Below are positions 21,904 to 32,050 of a stretch of DNA of 64,000 bases, piece by piece. Position numbers and translations under genes: made by a program. Every line of letters begins with the position of its first letter. Positions within the stretch are counted from its first letter, which is position 1. The DNA comes from a virus, in IMG/VR virus record IMGVR_UViG_3300023184_004591, positions 1 through 64,000 of that record. One strand, given 5' to 3'. Under the pieces are notes generated by a model. It had not been told where the DNA came from, ran no database searches, and saw only the letters and a list, made by a program, of their open reading frames with translations.

Positions 21904-23847
21904 TTATGGTGTTGTAAGTAACCCTGAGTTTGAAGTTGATGACCATTTTTCAAATGATGCCTTTTTATTAGGGTCTTGTAAAAACCTATTCATATATTTG
22001 TTCCATGATTCTTCTTCTTGAGCATTCATTCCAGTTCCACCAAATTCAACAGTATGTTTAACCTCACCACTAACAGTTGTTTTTGTTTCCTTAGAACCAC
22101 CTGTTTTGAATTGTTCGATAAGTGATTCTATTTGTTTTGTGAATGGTGAATTAGGATCCATCACTATTTGGGTTGGTTGTACACCAAGTGGTGAATATAT
22201 TTTACTTACCTCATTAGTTACATCCCCCACTGTTTTAACCCCAGCAGTTCCCGCACCTACAACAATATTACCCGCAATTTTTACAAGACTATCTTTAACC
22301 GAAGTTAACGATGATTCAACAGTTTCCCAAGTACTCTTACCTTGAAGGAATCTAACCATTTCTTTTTCTAATGGACTAGTCATCTCCGTTGCGGCACCTC
22401 TTACATTTTCAGTTGTGATACCTTGAGTTAAATTTGTGGTTGTTATTGCTGCGGCTTTATTTATAACATTATAGAACCTATCCATCGTTGGAGTAGTTGC
22501 CTTACCAAGGCTTACCGCCACTTTACTACCACTTAAAGATTTGTTAATTTGTTCTAAAGTAGTTAATTGATCTAAAGCAATTTGTTCAATTGTTTTATCT
22601 TGGTTGGCTTGTTGTTCTCTTAATTTAGTAATTTGATCCGCAGTTAAATCTTTAACATTAATGTCATCCATTTTACCCGTAATGTCATTTTTAATTTGGA
22701 GTACCGCTTCACCACCTTTCATTTGGGCCATATTAGCAATTAACATTTTATCCTCCTCAGATGACGCCAAACTTGGGAATTTAATTTTACTCATCTTCAT
22801 GTCCAAGTCCGCACTCTTAATTGACATATTTGCTAATTCAGATGCACTCATACCCATCGCTTCAGCAACTTCTCTTAACCTACGTTTTGCACCAGGTAAA
22901 ATTTCAAAACCTGAACCATCCGCTTTCAATTTGGTAAATTCTTTAGAAACGTTAATCATTTCTTTTTGTAGTGCTTCAGGATCATTTTGAGCCAAATCCA
23001 TCGCCTTCAATGGGTCTAATAATGCACTACTTGAAACACCCAAACGTTGTAACGCTGCCGACATCTCAATTGCCTTTTCAGGTGACATTAATTTTTCTGC
23101 AAGGTCAAATGTTTTACCCATATCAATCCCTAACATAGTTGCTTGTGAGGCCATCTTAGCCAAACCTTTTACCCCCGTATCAAAATTAAATAAATTAATT
23201 TGTTTTAAATTACTAACAACTAAACCTGAAACTGCCTGAACATTAACACCAACACTTTTAGCATAATTTGCAACTTCAGCCATTCTATCACCAACATCAT
23301 ATAGTGACATACCAACACCTTTAAATTCCAACGCTAATTTACTTGCACTTACACCGGCAACATTAGACGCCGCCGCCATCTCAACAAGAGCCTCTTTACC
23401 TAATGAAGTATTAATACCCAATTCCTGTGGTATTTCTGTCATCGCCTTTAATGCCTTATCTTCACTAACCCCAAGTTTGATCATTTCAGGTAACGCATCA
23501 GCAATAGTTGTCTTCATTTCAGCCATTCTAGCCTGACCAAGACCCAACGAATTTGCCATTTCTTGAGCCTTATCCCTTAAATAATTTGCCCCCGTAAAAT
23601 TTGTTGGATCCGCAGCGTTTTGAAAGTCCTTAAGTACTTGGGTTAATGCAACTCCATTTTCAGTAAGACTACCTGTAACCTCAGTTATGTACGTGTCTTC
23701 AGCACCTAAATTGTCACTAGTAACACTAGATTTTTTAGTACTTTTTTCCCCTTCAGATTTACCTTCATTACGAGCATTAGAAACAATTTTTTCTAATTTT
23801 TTAAATTGTTCAGCACTTAAACCTTTAAAATCATCTAATTCACCCAT
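21904..23847 (-). CDS. Putative tape measure protein
   Basis: Ala/Met/Leu-rich helical protein downstream of the tube and chaperone-like genes. Confidence 0.6.
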   Translation of the reverse strand: MGELDDFKGLSAEQFKKLEKIVSNARNEGKSEGEKSTKKSSVTSDNLGAEDTYITEVTGSLTENGVALTQVLKDFQNAADPTNFTGANYLRDKAQEMANSLGLGQARMAEMKTTIADALPEMIKLGVSEDKALKAMTEIPQELGINTSLGKEALVEMAAASNVAGVSASKLALEFKGVGMSLYDVGDRMAEVANYAKSVGVNVQAVSGLVVSNLKQINLFNFDTGVKGLAKMASQATMLGIDMGKTFDLAEKLMSPEKAIEMSAALQRLGVSSSALLDPLKAMDLAQNDPEALQKEMINVSKEFTKLKADGSGFEILPGAKRRLREVAEAMGMSASELANMSIKSADLDMKMSKIKFPSLASSEEDKMLIANMAQMKGGEAVLQIKNDITGKMDDINVKDLTADQITKLREQQANQDKTIEQIALDQLTTLEQINKSLSGSKVAVSLGKATTPTMDRFYNVINKAAAITTTNLTQGITTENVRGAATEMTSPLEKEMVRFLQGKSTWETVESSLTSVKDSLVKIAGNIVVGAGTAGVKTVGDVTNEVSKIYSPLGVQPTQIVMDPNSPFTKQIESLIEQFKTGGSKETKTTVSGEVKHTVEFGGTGMNAQEEESWNKYMNRFLQDPNKKASFEKWSSTSNSGLLTTP

Positions 23848-23876
23848 TGTTAGTTTTTACTATAAATATTTAAGTA

Positions 23877-24065
23877 TTAAGTTTTGGGTGTATTTTCCTC
23901 CACTATCTTATCTAAAAGGTATCTCCTAATATAGGTTGGGAGCCTTAAGAACTCATTATATGATGTCCTTAAGAATTTTGCCAAGTAATAAAATTCGTCT
24001 AATAAAAATTTTGAGTGGTTAGAAGAAAGGCCGAAAAAACTCCACCCCAAAGCTGATGCTAACAT
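23877..24065 (-). CDS. Small gp51-like/tail-chaperone C-terminal ORF, probably reached by a +1 frameshift from the upstream gene
   Basis: Sequence LLDEFYYLAK..SYNEFLRLPTYIRRYLL; overlaps the end of 24019..24783 in the +1 frame. Confidence 0.6.
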   Translation of the reverse strand: MLASALGWSFFGLSSNHSKFLLDEFYYLAKFLRTSYNEFLRLPTYIRRYLLDKIVEENTPKT

Positions 24066-24783
24066 CGACTTTTTCTCCTGATGGGGTGTAAACTGTTTTC
24101 CTTAGATCCAATCTCGGTTCGTTTTCTTTAAGGAAATTTCTTATGAACTTAGAATCACCAATTGGCATATTTTGACAAAATACACTTATTTCATTTCTAT
24201 CAGGACTACCATTTAACTCCAAAATAGTTTTATTTAACCTTGTTGTTATTGTTGGTGCGGTATATCCTGCAGGGTATGAGTCAATTATTTTTGCAATTTC
24301 AATGGTGTCATATAAACTTAACATTTTAAGTTTAACATCCGCCTTTGATTGTGGTAATTTAATAGTAAATGTTCCATCTTCATCAGGTTGTACTTTAGGT
24401 TTTGTAAGATTTAACTCATCCAACATAATAGATGTTTCGAAAGACTGACCATTACTTGGGTCAATAGTTGTAATTTTATATTCAGGTCCAAAAGATGTGT
24501 TACGTAAAAATAAAAGTATTGCTTCAATATCACTTTCTAATAATTCTTCAGGTCTAAGATCTCTTTCGTAAAGTTTATTCCTTAATAAAGGTAATACAAC
24601 ACTCTCATTAATTGTCCTACGAGAATCAATATTAACTAATATGTTCTCATCACTTGCGGTTAAGTAACCAACCTTAACACTTTTCTTTTTTGATTTATAG
24701 AATAAACCACCTGAAGGTAGTGTTACCACATCATGTGGTAAGTTAAAATCCATTTGCCCATGAGCAGCCGTGTCTTGATCCAT
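24019..24783 (-). CDS. T4 gp26-like baseplate hub assembly / tail chaperone protein
   Basis: Motifs VTLPSGGLFY, LTASDENIL, AILLFLRNTSFGPEY and C-terminal FFRP; lies between the tube and tape measure genes. Confidence 0.7.
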   Translation of the reverse strand: MDQDTAAHGQMDFNLPHDVVTLPSGGLFYKSKKKSVKVGYLTASDENILVNIDSRRTINESVVLPLLRNKLYERDLRPEELLESDIEAILLFLRNTSFGPEYKITTIDPSNGQSFETSIMLDELNLTKPKVQPDEDGTFTIKLPQSKADVKLKMLSLYDTIEIAKIIDSYPAGYTAPTITTRLNKTILELNGSPDRNEISVFCQNMPIGDSKFIRNFLKENEPRLDLRKTVYTPSGEKVDVSISFGVEFFRPFF

Positions 24784-24814
24784 TTTTTTATATTTTTTTT
24801 TAATTTATTATCGC

Positions 24815-24849
24815 ACAAAAAACCGTATACACTATAAATGTACACGGTT
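24815..24849 (-). terminator. Probable terminator after the tail tube gene
   Basis: Imperfect hairpin AACCGT.TAC...GTA.ACGGTT followed by a T-tract on the minus strand. Confidence 0.5.
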
Positions 24850-24869
24850 AATATTAAAAGTAAATTTTT

Positions 24870-25358
24870 TTAGTATACTAAAATACAACGGTCCATACGA
24901 ATACTTGAAGTGATTCCTGCAATCTTATCAGAGTCATATGATAATGAACCACCATCATATCCTGTTAACCAAGCTCCTTCTAAAATCCATTTCTCAACAA
25001 CAACTCCTGTTGGGTCTAACATTTCCAAATCCACATTTTTCTTGTATCCTGCAGCATAACCCATACGACCTGTAACAGACTCCGCACATAGACGAATCCA
25101 TTCCATAACCGCTTGAGAAGCCGAAGGTCCAATTGGATCTCTAAACTTAACTGAAATTTCTTCCCAATTGAATCTACCTGCAACATATGTTTCAGTGTTC
25201 AAGAAAGGAATATTAACTGAAGCGATTTTTAATTTAGGTCTCGAAGTACTTTCCACATACCACTCATTAATACCAAGTGATGACGGGAATCTTAGAATCC
25301 AACGGTTTTCACGTTTAGGTTCGTAAGGAATAGGCATTTTCATTAACAAATCAGCCAT
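24870..25358 (-). CDS. Tail tube protein (T4 gp19-like)
   Basis: Motifs EPKRENRW, YVAGRFNWEEI, YKKNVDLEMLDPTG and EKWILEGAW. Confidence 0.9.
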   Translation of the reverse strand: MADLLMKMPIPYEPKRENRWILRFPSSLGINEWYVESTSRPKLKIASVNIPFLNTETYVAGRFNWEEISVKFRDPIGPSASQAVMEWIRLCAESVTGRMGYAAGYKKNVDLEMLDPTGVVVEKWILEGAWLTGYDGGSLSYDSDKIAGITSSIRMDRCILVY

Positions 25359-25478
25359 AATTATTTATTTTAGTTTTAAGTTTATTTTAGTTTTTATTAT
25401 AAATATCACGATAATAAAATTTTTCTATTTACTTCCATTTTTTTTGAACATATTCTTATACTAGACCAGACAAACTAG

Positions 25479-26318
25479 TTAATATAATTTCTTTTCTCCT
25501 CCTGAAGTTAAATAGGTCTTTAATATATTATCTTCTTTTTTATCAAAATGTTTCTTCATAGTTTCTACATTTCTTACATCATCATCTGAAAATCCAATAA
25601 ATGGTGTAAAGTAGTTACTAATCTTGTTTTTCATAAATGCCTTTTCTTGTAATGAATGAGATAGTTTTCTCACATAACTCACAAATTCCTCCATTGCATT
25701 TATTTTTCCTTGTTCAGGGTTAGTTGCGGAACCTTCTCCGAAAGACACAGGGTGAAAACGACACATATCTAAGTAAGATCGTATTAGTTGATCTTTAGAT
25801 AATTTCTCTTCATCCGCCAAATCTCTATATTTTAAAAGATTTTTTGCTAACTTGTTTGAATCCAAACCATGTTTATTCTGTTTAATTAATCTATAAACAC
25901 CCTCTTTTAACATGGAAGGTGTATGTCCTCTTGCCGTAACAATTGCAAATATTGACCCATTATTAATTGCCTCCACAAAATCATTCCATGCCGGACCTGT
26001 TGGTGCCGTCATTGCATCTTTTAAAAATTGTTTGTCCCCCAATACTCCGAAATCTCTGAAAGGTTCTTTATCGAAAGATACTATGGTATGTCCTTCATAT
26101 TTAAAAGGTTCTTTACCTATATCAGTTCTATATTCCGCAAAATCTTCTGTTGACATTCCAACACTTTTACCTTTATCATCTTTAAGATAAATTTTTGTTG
26201 GCATAAACATAAGATTATCATCCCAGTCAAATGCGTAATATTTCATTACAGGAGTTTGTCTTTCTTCTATGATTTCGCTAATAATTTGTTTAACAATAAC
26301 TTTATGATAATTTTTCAT
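25479..26318 (-). CDS. HAD-superfamily phosphatase-like protein
   Basis: HAD motifs AFDWDDNL (DxD), IVTARGH and GFSDDD. Confidence 0.65.
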   Translation of the reverse strand: MKNYHKVIVKQIISEIIEERQTPVMKYYAFDWDDNLMFMPTKIYLKDDKGKSVGMSTEDFAEYRTDIGKEPFKYEGHTIVSFDKEPFRDFGVLGDKQFLKDAMTAPTGPAWNDFVEAINNGSIFAIVTARGHTPSMLKEGVYRLIKQNKHGLDSNKLAKNLLKYRDLADEEKLSKDQLIRSYLDMCRFHPVSFGEGSATNPEQGKINAMEEFVSYVRKLSHSLQEKAFMKNKISNYFTPFIGFSDDDVRNVETMKKHFDKKEDNILKTYLTSGGEKKLY

Positions 26319-26341
26319 ACACTAATAAATATTAGGAAAAT

Positions 26342-26368
26342 AAAAAAAGGGGAACTAATTCCCCTTTT
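26342..26368 (-). terminator. Rho-independent terminator after the sheath gene
   Basis: AAAAGGGGAA-ctaa-TTCCCCTTTT hairpin with flanking A/T tracts. Confidence 0.75.
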
Positions 26369-26388
26369 CCTTTAAATTATTTGTTTGA

Positions 26389-29300
26389 TTAGATATTATC
26401 AAACGATGCTCCTGTTGGAGTGATGTAGAATGTTATATCAATAAACTCTAAAGAACGAGTTGGTTTGATATAGATTTTACCTACCATTTGATTTCTGTCT
26501 AAGTCTTCAGTGTCACTTGAAACAGTAACTCTAAAGTCGTATAAACCTCTATCTCTTCTGATCGCATCTAAGATCGGATTAACCGCATTTAAGAAGTCTT
26601 GTCTTACTTGTTCGTCGTTTTGATCGAATAACAATCTCACAGAAACTGCAGAAATCAATTTACGAGCTTGTAGTAATAATCTTCTTACGTTAATTCTATC
26701 AAGTGCAGATTCTCTAACTTGAAGAGTTTTGTTACCCCAAATTACTGTACCTACATCAGAGAAGGTTGCAATTGGGTTGATTCTTCCTTGATAAAGAGTA
26801 TCTCTATCTTCTTGAGTCAACTTCTTACGTGCTTTGATTGAGTTTACAATACCTCTTGTGTAACCTGCCGCTGCGAACCAAGGGAATGCAATGTTATCGG
26901 TCAATGCCAAGTTTCTTGTTACCTCAGCCGTTGCTGGGATATAGATTTGAGTATTGTTTACTGTATCACGAGTTAATACCCAAGGGTAATAAGTTGCCGT
27001 GTAGTTAGAGTCAATTCCCGTTTGTTCTAAGTTGTCAACCGCTTCTTGTGGGTAGATTAATCCATCACCACCTGTAGTTGTAGGTAAGAACAAATTGTAG
27101 TCAGGTGTTGTTGTAATGTACAATGAGTCAGCTCTGTTGTTCTCAATCATGTCGATTGTTGCCTCAACTAAGTCACTATTATTTACATAATCAATACCAG
27201 GTGATACAAATACATTGATGTTCACCGCCTCAGGGTTAGAGAATGTGTTAACCCCTAATAAGTAAGCGTAGTAGTCAGTATTTGCAAAACTTTGTGTTCC
27301 ATCACCGATTGAGATTTGTTTAAATGCTCCCCATCCTGTTGCTGATGGATATCTTGGTGAAGGACAAGCTCCGTTCAAGAAACCATTTCTACCAAGCACA
27401 TATCTGTCTCCGTTTGTTCTGTACTCTCTGTAGATATCCCATCCGTCAAAACCACCGTAGAACATTGTTGTGAATTTTCTTGAGTAAATTCTGTAATATG
27501 GACTTGTTTCGTTTGTTGGTTCTTGTTGGAATGTAGCATCACCAACGTAGTATTTAGGCGTTCCACTTGTTGTAAATGCCGGTCCGATTTCAATCACACT
27601 AGCATCTTTATCCATGTGGAATCCTCTTGTTTGGTATGACCATTCAACCCCATCAACATTACATAAATCGATTGGTGCTCTTTTTCCTTTATATTGGAAG
27701 AAGTCAGGGTCAAATCCGATATTGTTAGAGAAACCTAAATAAGTTCTTCTTACATTATCCCCATTTGATCTGATAGCATCATCGTTACCATTTGTGAAAC
27801 CGAAAGGTGGATCATAAACAATCTCTCCTGGGTAATCATATTTAGTTTTATATACAGGGAATGGAGGTGTTACACCATCGTATTCTCTGAATGTATACCC
27901 ATCAAAACCACAAGGTAATGAATCAACAGGTGCGTCTTCATTCATTTCAACCATTACAAATTTAGAAATCAATGCGTATTCTCCGTCTAATGAACCGATT
28001 TTTTTACCGATAAAATTATTTTGACTTGGATCCATACTACAATTTGTAAATTTCTCTAAAACTGTAGGGTTAGCATCTGAATCATAGAAGTCTCTTACGA
28101 TTACGTCAAACGTTCCATTGGAGAATGACATATTAATAAGTGAAACTTTAATTTCAGAGTTTGCTGAATTACCATCAGAAATTGAGTAAAATCTGAACAA
28201 GTTAAATACTTTAGTACCTCTTAACTCAGAAACAATCCAAGGCGTATTAGGTGATTGGTATCTATCTAAGTACCATCCAATACTATCTTGTTGTCCACTT
28301 TGTGCTGAATCTAACGCAATTAATTCTGAACTCAAACCTCTAATGAAACCTTTGTTCCATCCGTAGTTTAATAACGCTTGGAATCTTTCCTCTAAGAATA
28401 AAGGAACATTCTTTCTTGGTTTTTGGAAGTTAGTAGATCCAAATACTTTAGAAATGTATTGAGAATCTGAAGTTGCAAATGATGTCTCAAAAGAGAATGA
28501 AGTTCCATCATCATTTGTTACATTAACAACGAATGGTAAATATGGGTTTTTAAGAACACCTAAATATTGTCCTGACATATTTAAATTTACGTTATTGATG
28601 TTTGTAACTTCAAACACAGGGTTTGTTGAATTTTCATATGTTGCAATACCTCTTGATCTTAATGTACCTACAACTAAATTATCAAACTCAGTGAACGATG
28701 TTCCAGTATAATAATAGATTGAACCATTAATTGTACCTGTATAACAATTAGTATTAACTGCGGTTGGTGTAGGTGTTGGTGATGACATAGGTGTTGCCGT
28801 AGCACATGGGTTAACTGCCGACGGTGTTGGTGTCGGTGTGAATGCTATTGTTGTTGTTGTTGTAACTGGATTTAAACTTAAATCGTCAACATAAGCAAAG
28901 AAGGAGAATCCTGAATAACTTCCATTACCATTGTTAGAAAACAATGAATAATACCAAGGATCATTATATGGTGATTCATAACTAGTTTCAGTACTTGATA
29001 CTGAAGGTACACCATAAACATTAGTTTCGTTAGTGAATACCGATGATAAAACATCATAATCAGGACCATAAATTGTTCCAAAATAATCAATTGTGTTAGT
29101 TTGTGCAGTAAATGGGTTAGCATCTGTTAACACATCAAAAACCATATTATTGATTTGAGTTTCTAGTGTTGATACATCTCCATTAAATTGTTCAAACTGA
29201 GTAGTTAAGATATTTTCAATCTCAGCAGGGAAATTAGTTGTATAACTAATTGTTGATTGTGAGTTTGAACACCCTGTAAATTCCACAGTATAAGGTATAA

Positions 29301-29730
29301 TCTTATAATCAGCAGGATCACAATAAGGTAAACAATCAACTATTTGTGGTGTCTCACAATAAAAGTCTACAGTAGTAGGGTCAACATTCGCTTGAGTTAT
29401 GATAGACCAAGACGGTCCCGCATCATACCCAGAAAGTCCTAAAACTCTCGTTACGAATAATTGATTAGATTGTTGTAAATATGATTTTGCGATATAAGCC
29501 GCTTCATACTTAGGGATTTGTGTGTTTATGAATTTTTCAGCGGATGTACCTCCGAAGTAAGTTTGAAATTCCTCATAATTTTTGATGAATATCGGTTCAA
29601 AAGCAGGACCCTTTAAAGTTTCACCTGCAATACCTAATGTGGTAACCCCCACACTTTGTGCTACGAAACTTAAATCCACTTCAGAAGTATATACACCAGG
29701 TGATACGAATACTTTACCGTTAGTTGCCAT
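26389..29730 (-). CDS. Contractile tail sheath protein (T4 gp18-like), 1113 aa
   Basis: N-terminal VSPGVYTSEVD, PWFAAAGYTRG, and C-terminal RINVRRLL and IYIKPTRSLEFI. Confidence 0.95.
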   Translation of the reverse strand: MATNGKVFVSPGVYTSEVDLSFVAQSVGVTTLGIAGETLKGPAFEPIFIKNYEEFQTYFGGTSAEKFINTQIPKYEAAYIAKSYLQQSNQLFVTRVLGLSGYDAGPSWSIITQANVDPTTVDFYCETPQIVDCLPYCDPADYKIIPYTVEFTGCSNSQSTISYTTNFPAEIENILTTQFEQFNGDVSTLETQINNMVFDVLTDANPFTAQTNTIDYFGTIYGPDYDVLSSVFTNETNVYGVPSVSSTETSYESPYNDPWYYSLFSNNGNGSYSGFSFFAYVDDLSLNPVTTTTTIAFTPTPTPSAVNPCATATPMSSPTPTPTAVNTNCYTGTINGSIYYYTGTSFTEFDNLVVGTLRSRGIATYENSTNPVFEVTNINNVNLNMSGQYLGVLKNPYLPFVVNVTNDDGTSFSFETSFATSDSQYISKVFGSTNFQKPRKNVPLFLEERFQALLNYGWNKGFIRGLSSELIALDSAQSGQQDSIGWYLDRYQSPNTPWIVSELRGTKVFNLFRFYSISDGNSANSEIKVSLINMSFSNGTFDVIVRDFYDSDANPTVLEKFTNCSMDPSQNNFIGKKIGSLDGEYALISKFVMVEMNEDAPVDSLPCGFDGYTFREYDGVTPPFPVYKTKYDYPGEIVYDPPFGFTNGNDDAIRSNGDNVRRTYLGFSNNIGFDPDFFQYKGKRAPIDLCNVDGVEWSYQTRGFHMDKDASVIEIGPAFTTSGTPKYYVGDATFQQEPTNETSPYYRIYSRKFTTMFYGGFDGWDIYREYRTNGDRYVLGRNGFLNGACPSPRYPSATGWGAFKQISIGDGTQSFANTDYYAYLLGVNTFSNPEAVNINVFVSPGIDYVNNSDLVEATIDMIENNRADSLYITTTPDYNLFLPTTTGGDGLIYPQEAVDNLEQTGIDSNYTATYYPWVLTRDTVNNTQIYIPATAEVTRNLALTDNIAFPWFAAAGYTRGIVNSIKARKKLTQEDRDTLYQGRINPIATFSDVGTVIWGNKTLQVRESALDRINVRRLLLQARKLISAVSVRLLFDQNDEQVRQDFLNAVNPILDAIRRDRGLYDFRVTVSSDTEDLDRNQMVGKIYIKPTRSLEFIDITFYITPTGASFDNI

Positions 29731-29854
29731 AATTTAGTTTATTTTTGTTTTTAATTTTATTTATTATATAAATATTGATAATTCGGGGAAAAACTTTACT
29801 TATTAGAAACTATTTATATTTTGGTAGGATTTTATTCTGCCTTTTTTCTACCCT

Positions 29855-30019
29855 ATGGATAAAGATACTAAGAAGATAAAAAACTTGAAGATTTCAGTTG
29901 AATCACATGAGACTTTAAAGAAGTACTGTGATAAAAGAGGTATTAAAATGTATCGGTTTTTGGAGAACCTTATTTTTGAAAAATGTAAGGAAAAAAAAGA
30001 TATATACGGAGAAGATTAA
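29855..30019 (+). CDS. Small ribbon-helix-helix-like DNA-binding protein (54 aa, not in the ORF track)
   Basis: MDKDTKKIKNLKISVESHETLKKYCDKRGIKMYRFLENLIFEKCKEKKDIYGED, with TATTTAT at 29811. Confidence 0.65.
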   Translation: MDKDTKKIKNLKISVESHETLKKYCDKRGIKMYRFLENLIFEKCKEKKDIYGED

Positions 30020-31053
30020 ATTAACTCTTCGTTAAACACTATTGACGATGGTTGACCACCAATTTTTTTATCAATTGTTATTTTAATTACATCCCCATTG
30101 TTAACTTGTATTTCATTAATATCGTCACCATAATAATCATCATTAATGAATACAGAATAGGTGTCAACATTATCACTATCCATAAAACGCAAATTTACGG
30201 TATAATTAAATATTTCCTCCTTTTCTGTGTCAACATCCGAATATACAAAGGTTGCAGTTGGGGGTGAGTTAGGAACTTCTTTTTTAGGTTTTCTTTTTTT
30301 GATTTTACTTTCCGTTTCATACATTTGGAATATTCTTGTAACCGCAGGTTGTACCTCAAACTCATCTTCATCTATTAAGAATCCCATCATTGTGAAAGTA
30401 TATTTTTGAATATAAACTTTTCTTTTTTCCAAATCCATGATTGATTCATCAGAAATATCATCGTTAATGATTGGAATATAATGTCCTTTAATAGTTTGGT
30501 AAGATTGTCTTGATGCAAATTTTTCTAATACAACTTGATTGAATTTATTTAATTCTCTCATTCTATTACAAACAATTGCGACGGTATATTTTATATCAAC
30601 AGGTACAGGTTGTGGGATCTTATAAATATCCATCCCGTGACGTTGTCCATCCCAAGTTGGTACCTTAGCGTAATAATATAATCTTCTGTTTGGAATGTTG
30701 TACATAACCGCAGGGTTATTACCATATTTAACCTCAGGTGTTCTGATCACCGTAATGAAAGGTGGTTCAACATTTTTATCAATATTTGAAAAGTCCCATG
30801 TTTCAACAAATTGAGACCAATTTTGTGTTGTTATTAAAACATCCACCATTGGTACCGTTTTTCCTTCAACTACGGTTTTAAGTCCGTCTTTAACAAAATC
30901 TAAAAACCCTCTATCTAAATCGGCATGTAATAAACTTTTAGGTAAATAAGTACCGTCTTCCGAAATCATATTGGCAATCTCATGTCTTCTAGGAAGAAGT
31001 GTCTTCTTAGGTATTAATGATATGTCTTTTTTTATTTTTTTAGGTAACCCCAT
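30016..31053 (-). CDS. Putative tail terminator/sheath stabiliser (gp15-like)
   Basis: PQPVPVDIKYTVAI..MRELNKF motif; lies just upstream of the sheath gene. Confidence 0.55.
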   Translation of the reverse strand: MGLPKKIKKDISLIPKKTLLPRRHEIANMISEDGTYLPKSLLHADLDRGFLDFVKDGLKTVVEGKTVPMVDVLITTQNWSQFVETWDFSNIDKNVEPPFITVIRTPEVKYGNNPAVMYNIPNRRLYYYAKVPTWDGQRHGMDIYKIPQPVPVDIKYTVAIVCNRMRELNKFNQVVLEKFASRQSYQTIKGHYIPIINDDISDESIMDLEKRKVYIQKYTFTMMGFLIDEDEFEVQPAVTRIFQMYETESKIKKRKPKKEVPNSPPTATFVYSDVDTEKEEIFNYTVNLRFMDSDNVDTYSVFINDDYYGDDINEIQVNNGDVIKITIDKKIGGQPSSIVFNEELI

Positions 31054-31054
31054 C

Positions 31055-31483
31055 TTAGTTTATTAAAAATATTTTATCTTTAAGGTTAATCATCTCAACT
31101 TCATTCGCATTAAAAATTGGTTCTTCAGTATCTTTTACAACAAAGGATTCGTATTTGTAAGGGTTATAGGTAATCACATTATTTGATTCAGGTTCAGGAA
31201 TATCATTACAAGGAAACTCACAATAATCTTCTAAATATCCAATCACAAATGCGTGTACATTCTTTCTCGTTTCTTTTCTTACTTTTTGTTTACCACCTTC
31301 TCTAACTCTAAATTCAACGTCCGATAATTTTAAATAGTCTGCCTTTAATACAACTAAACCTTTATACGTTACGGAAAATACGTGTCTATGTAAGTCATAG
31401 TAACACATTACTTTTTTACCAATTAAATCGTTAATATTACTTTTTAACAATTCTTCTTGTTCCTCAGTTATTATTATTCTCAT
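31055..31483 (-). CDS. Hypothetical phage protein
   Basis: Motifs RKNVHAFVIG and ITYNPYKY, with an N-terminal MRIIITEEQ leader. Confidence 0.7.
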   Translation of the reverse strand: MRIIITEEQEELLKSNINDLIGKKVMCYYDLHRHVFSVTYKGLVVLKADYLKLSDVEFRVREGGKQKVRKETRKNVHAFVIGYLEDYCEFPCNDIPEPESNNVITYNPYKYESFVVKDTEEPIFNANEVEMINLKDKIFLIN

Positions 31484-31992
31484 AATCCTCTAAATTCGTT
31501 TGGTCCAACAGGAGATCCTATTATTGTTCTATAAAAAGGTTTATACCCTTTATAAGTATGTTTTATATCCGAAGTGACACGACCATCATTAACCACCGTG
31601 TAGTATCTTACAAAACTTTCCGTATCGTAATACCCAATATAATCACCGAATTGAATGTCTATTTCTAAGTCCTCTAAAGTTTTTAAATAAACGGACATTG
31701 TAATATTACCAGGTTCAAACTGATCCATTTTAGTGGAACCTAATAATTTGTTTTCAGGTGCCGCAATCCCCACATACGCATTAAACTCAACAGGGGGTAA
31801 AAATTTAATACCATCTTTAACTGTTTCACCATATACGTCGTCAATTTTGGTTTTTATTTTATCAACTCTATAAAGTACACAAGTGTAATTCATATCACCA
31901 ATTAACCATTCCTGACCCATCTCAACCTCAAGGTTAAAATCGTTCTCACCAAAAAATTTACCTAGTCTTGTTATAGGAACTCTATTCGCCAT
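31480..31992 (-). CDS. Putative neck/head-closure protein (gp14-like)
   Basis: Likely start MANRVPITRLG at 31992, after TATTTAT; contains DDVYGE..F.PPVE and GDYIGY. Confidence 0.55.
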   Translation of the reverse strand: MANRVPITRLGKFFGENDFNLEVEMGQEWLIGDMNYTCVLYRVDKIKTKIDDVYGETVKDGIKFLPPVEFNAYVGIAAPENKLLGSTKMDQFEPGNITMSVYLKTLEDLEIDIQFGDYIGYYDTESFVRYYTVVNDGRVTSDIKHTYKGYKPFYRTIIGSPVGPNEFRGL

Positions 31993-32050
31993 TTTGTCGT
32001 ATTTATTGATAAATATCTTTTTTATTGTTATTTTTATAAAAAACAAAATT

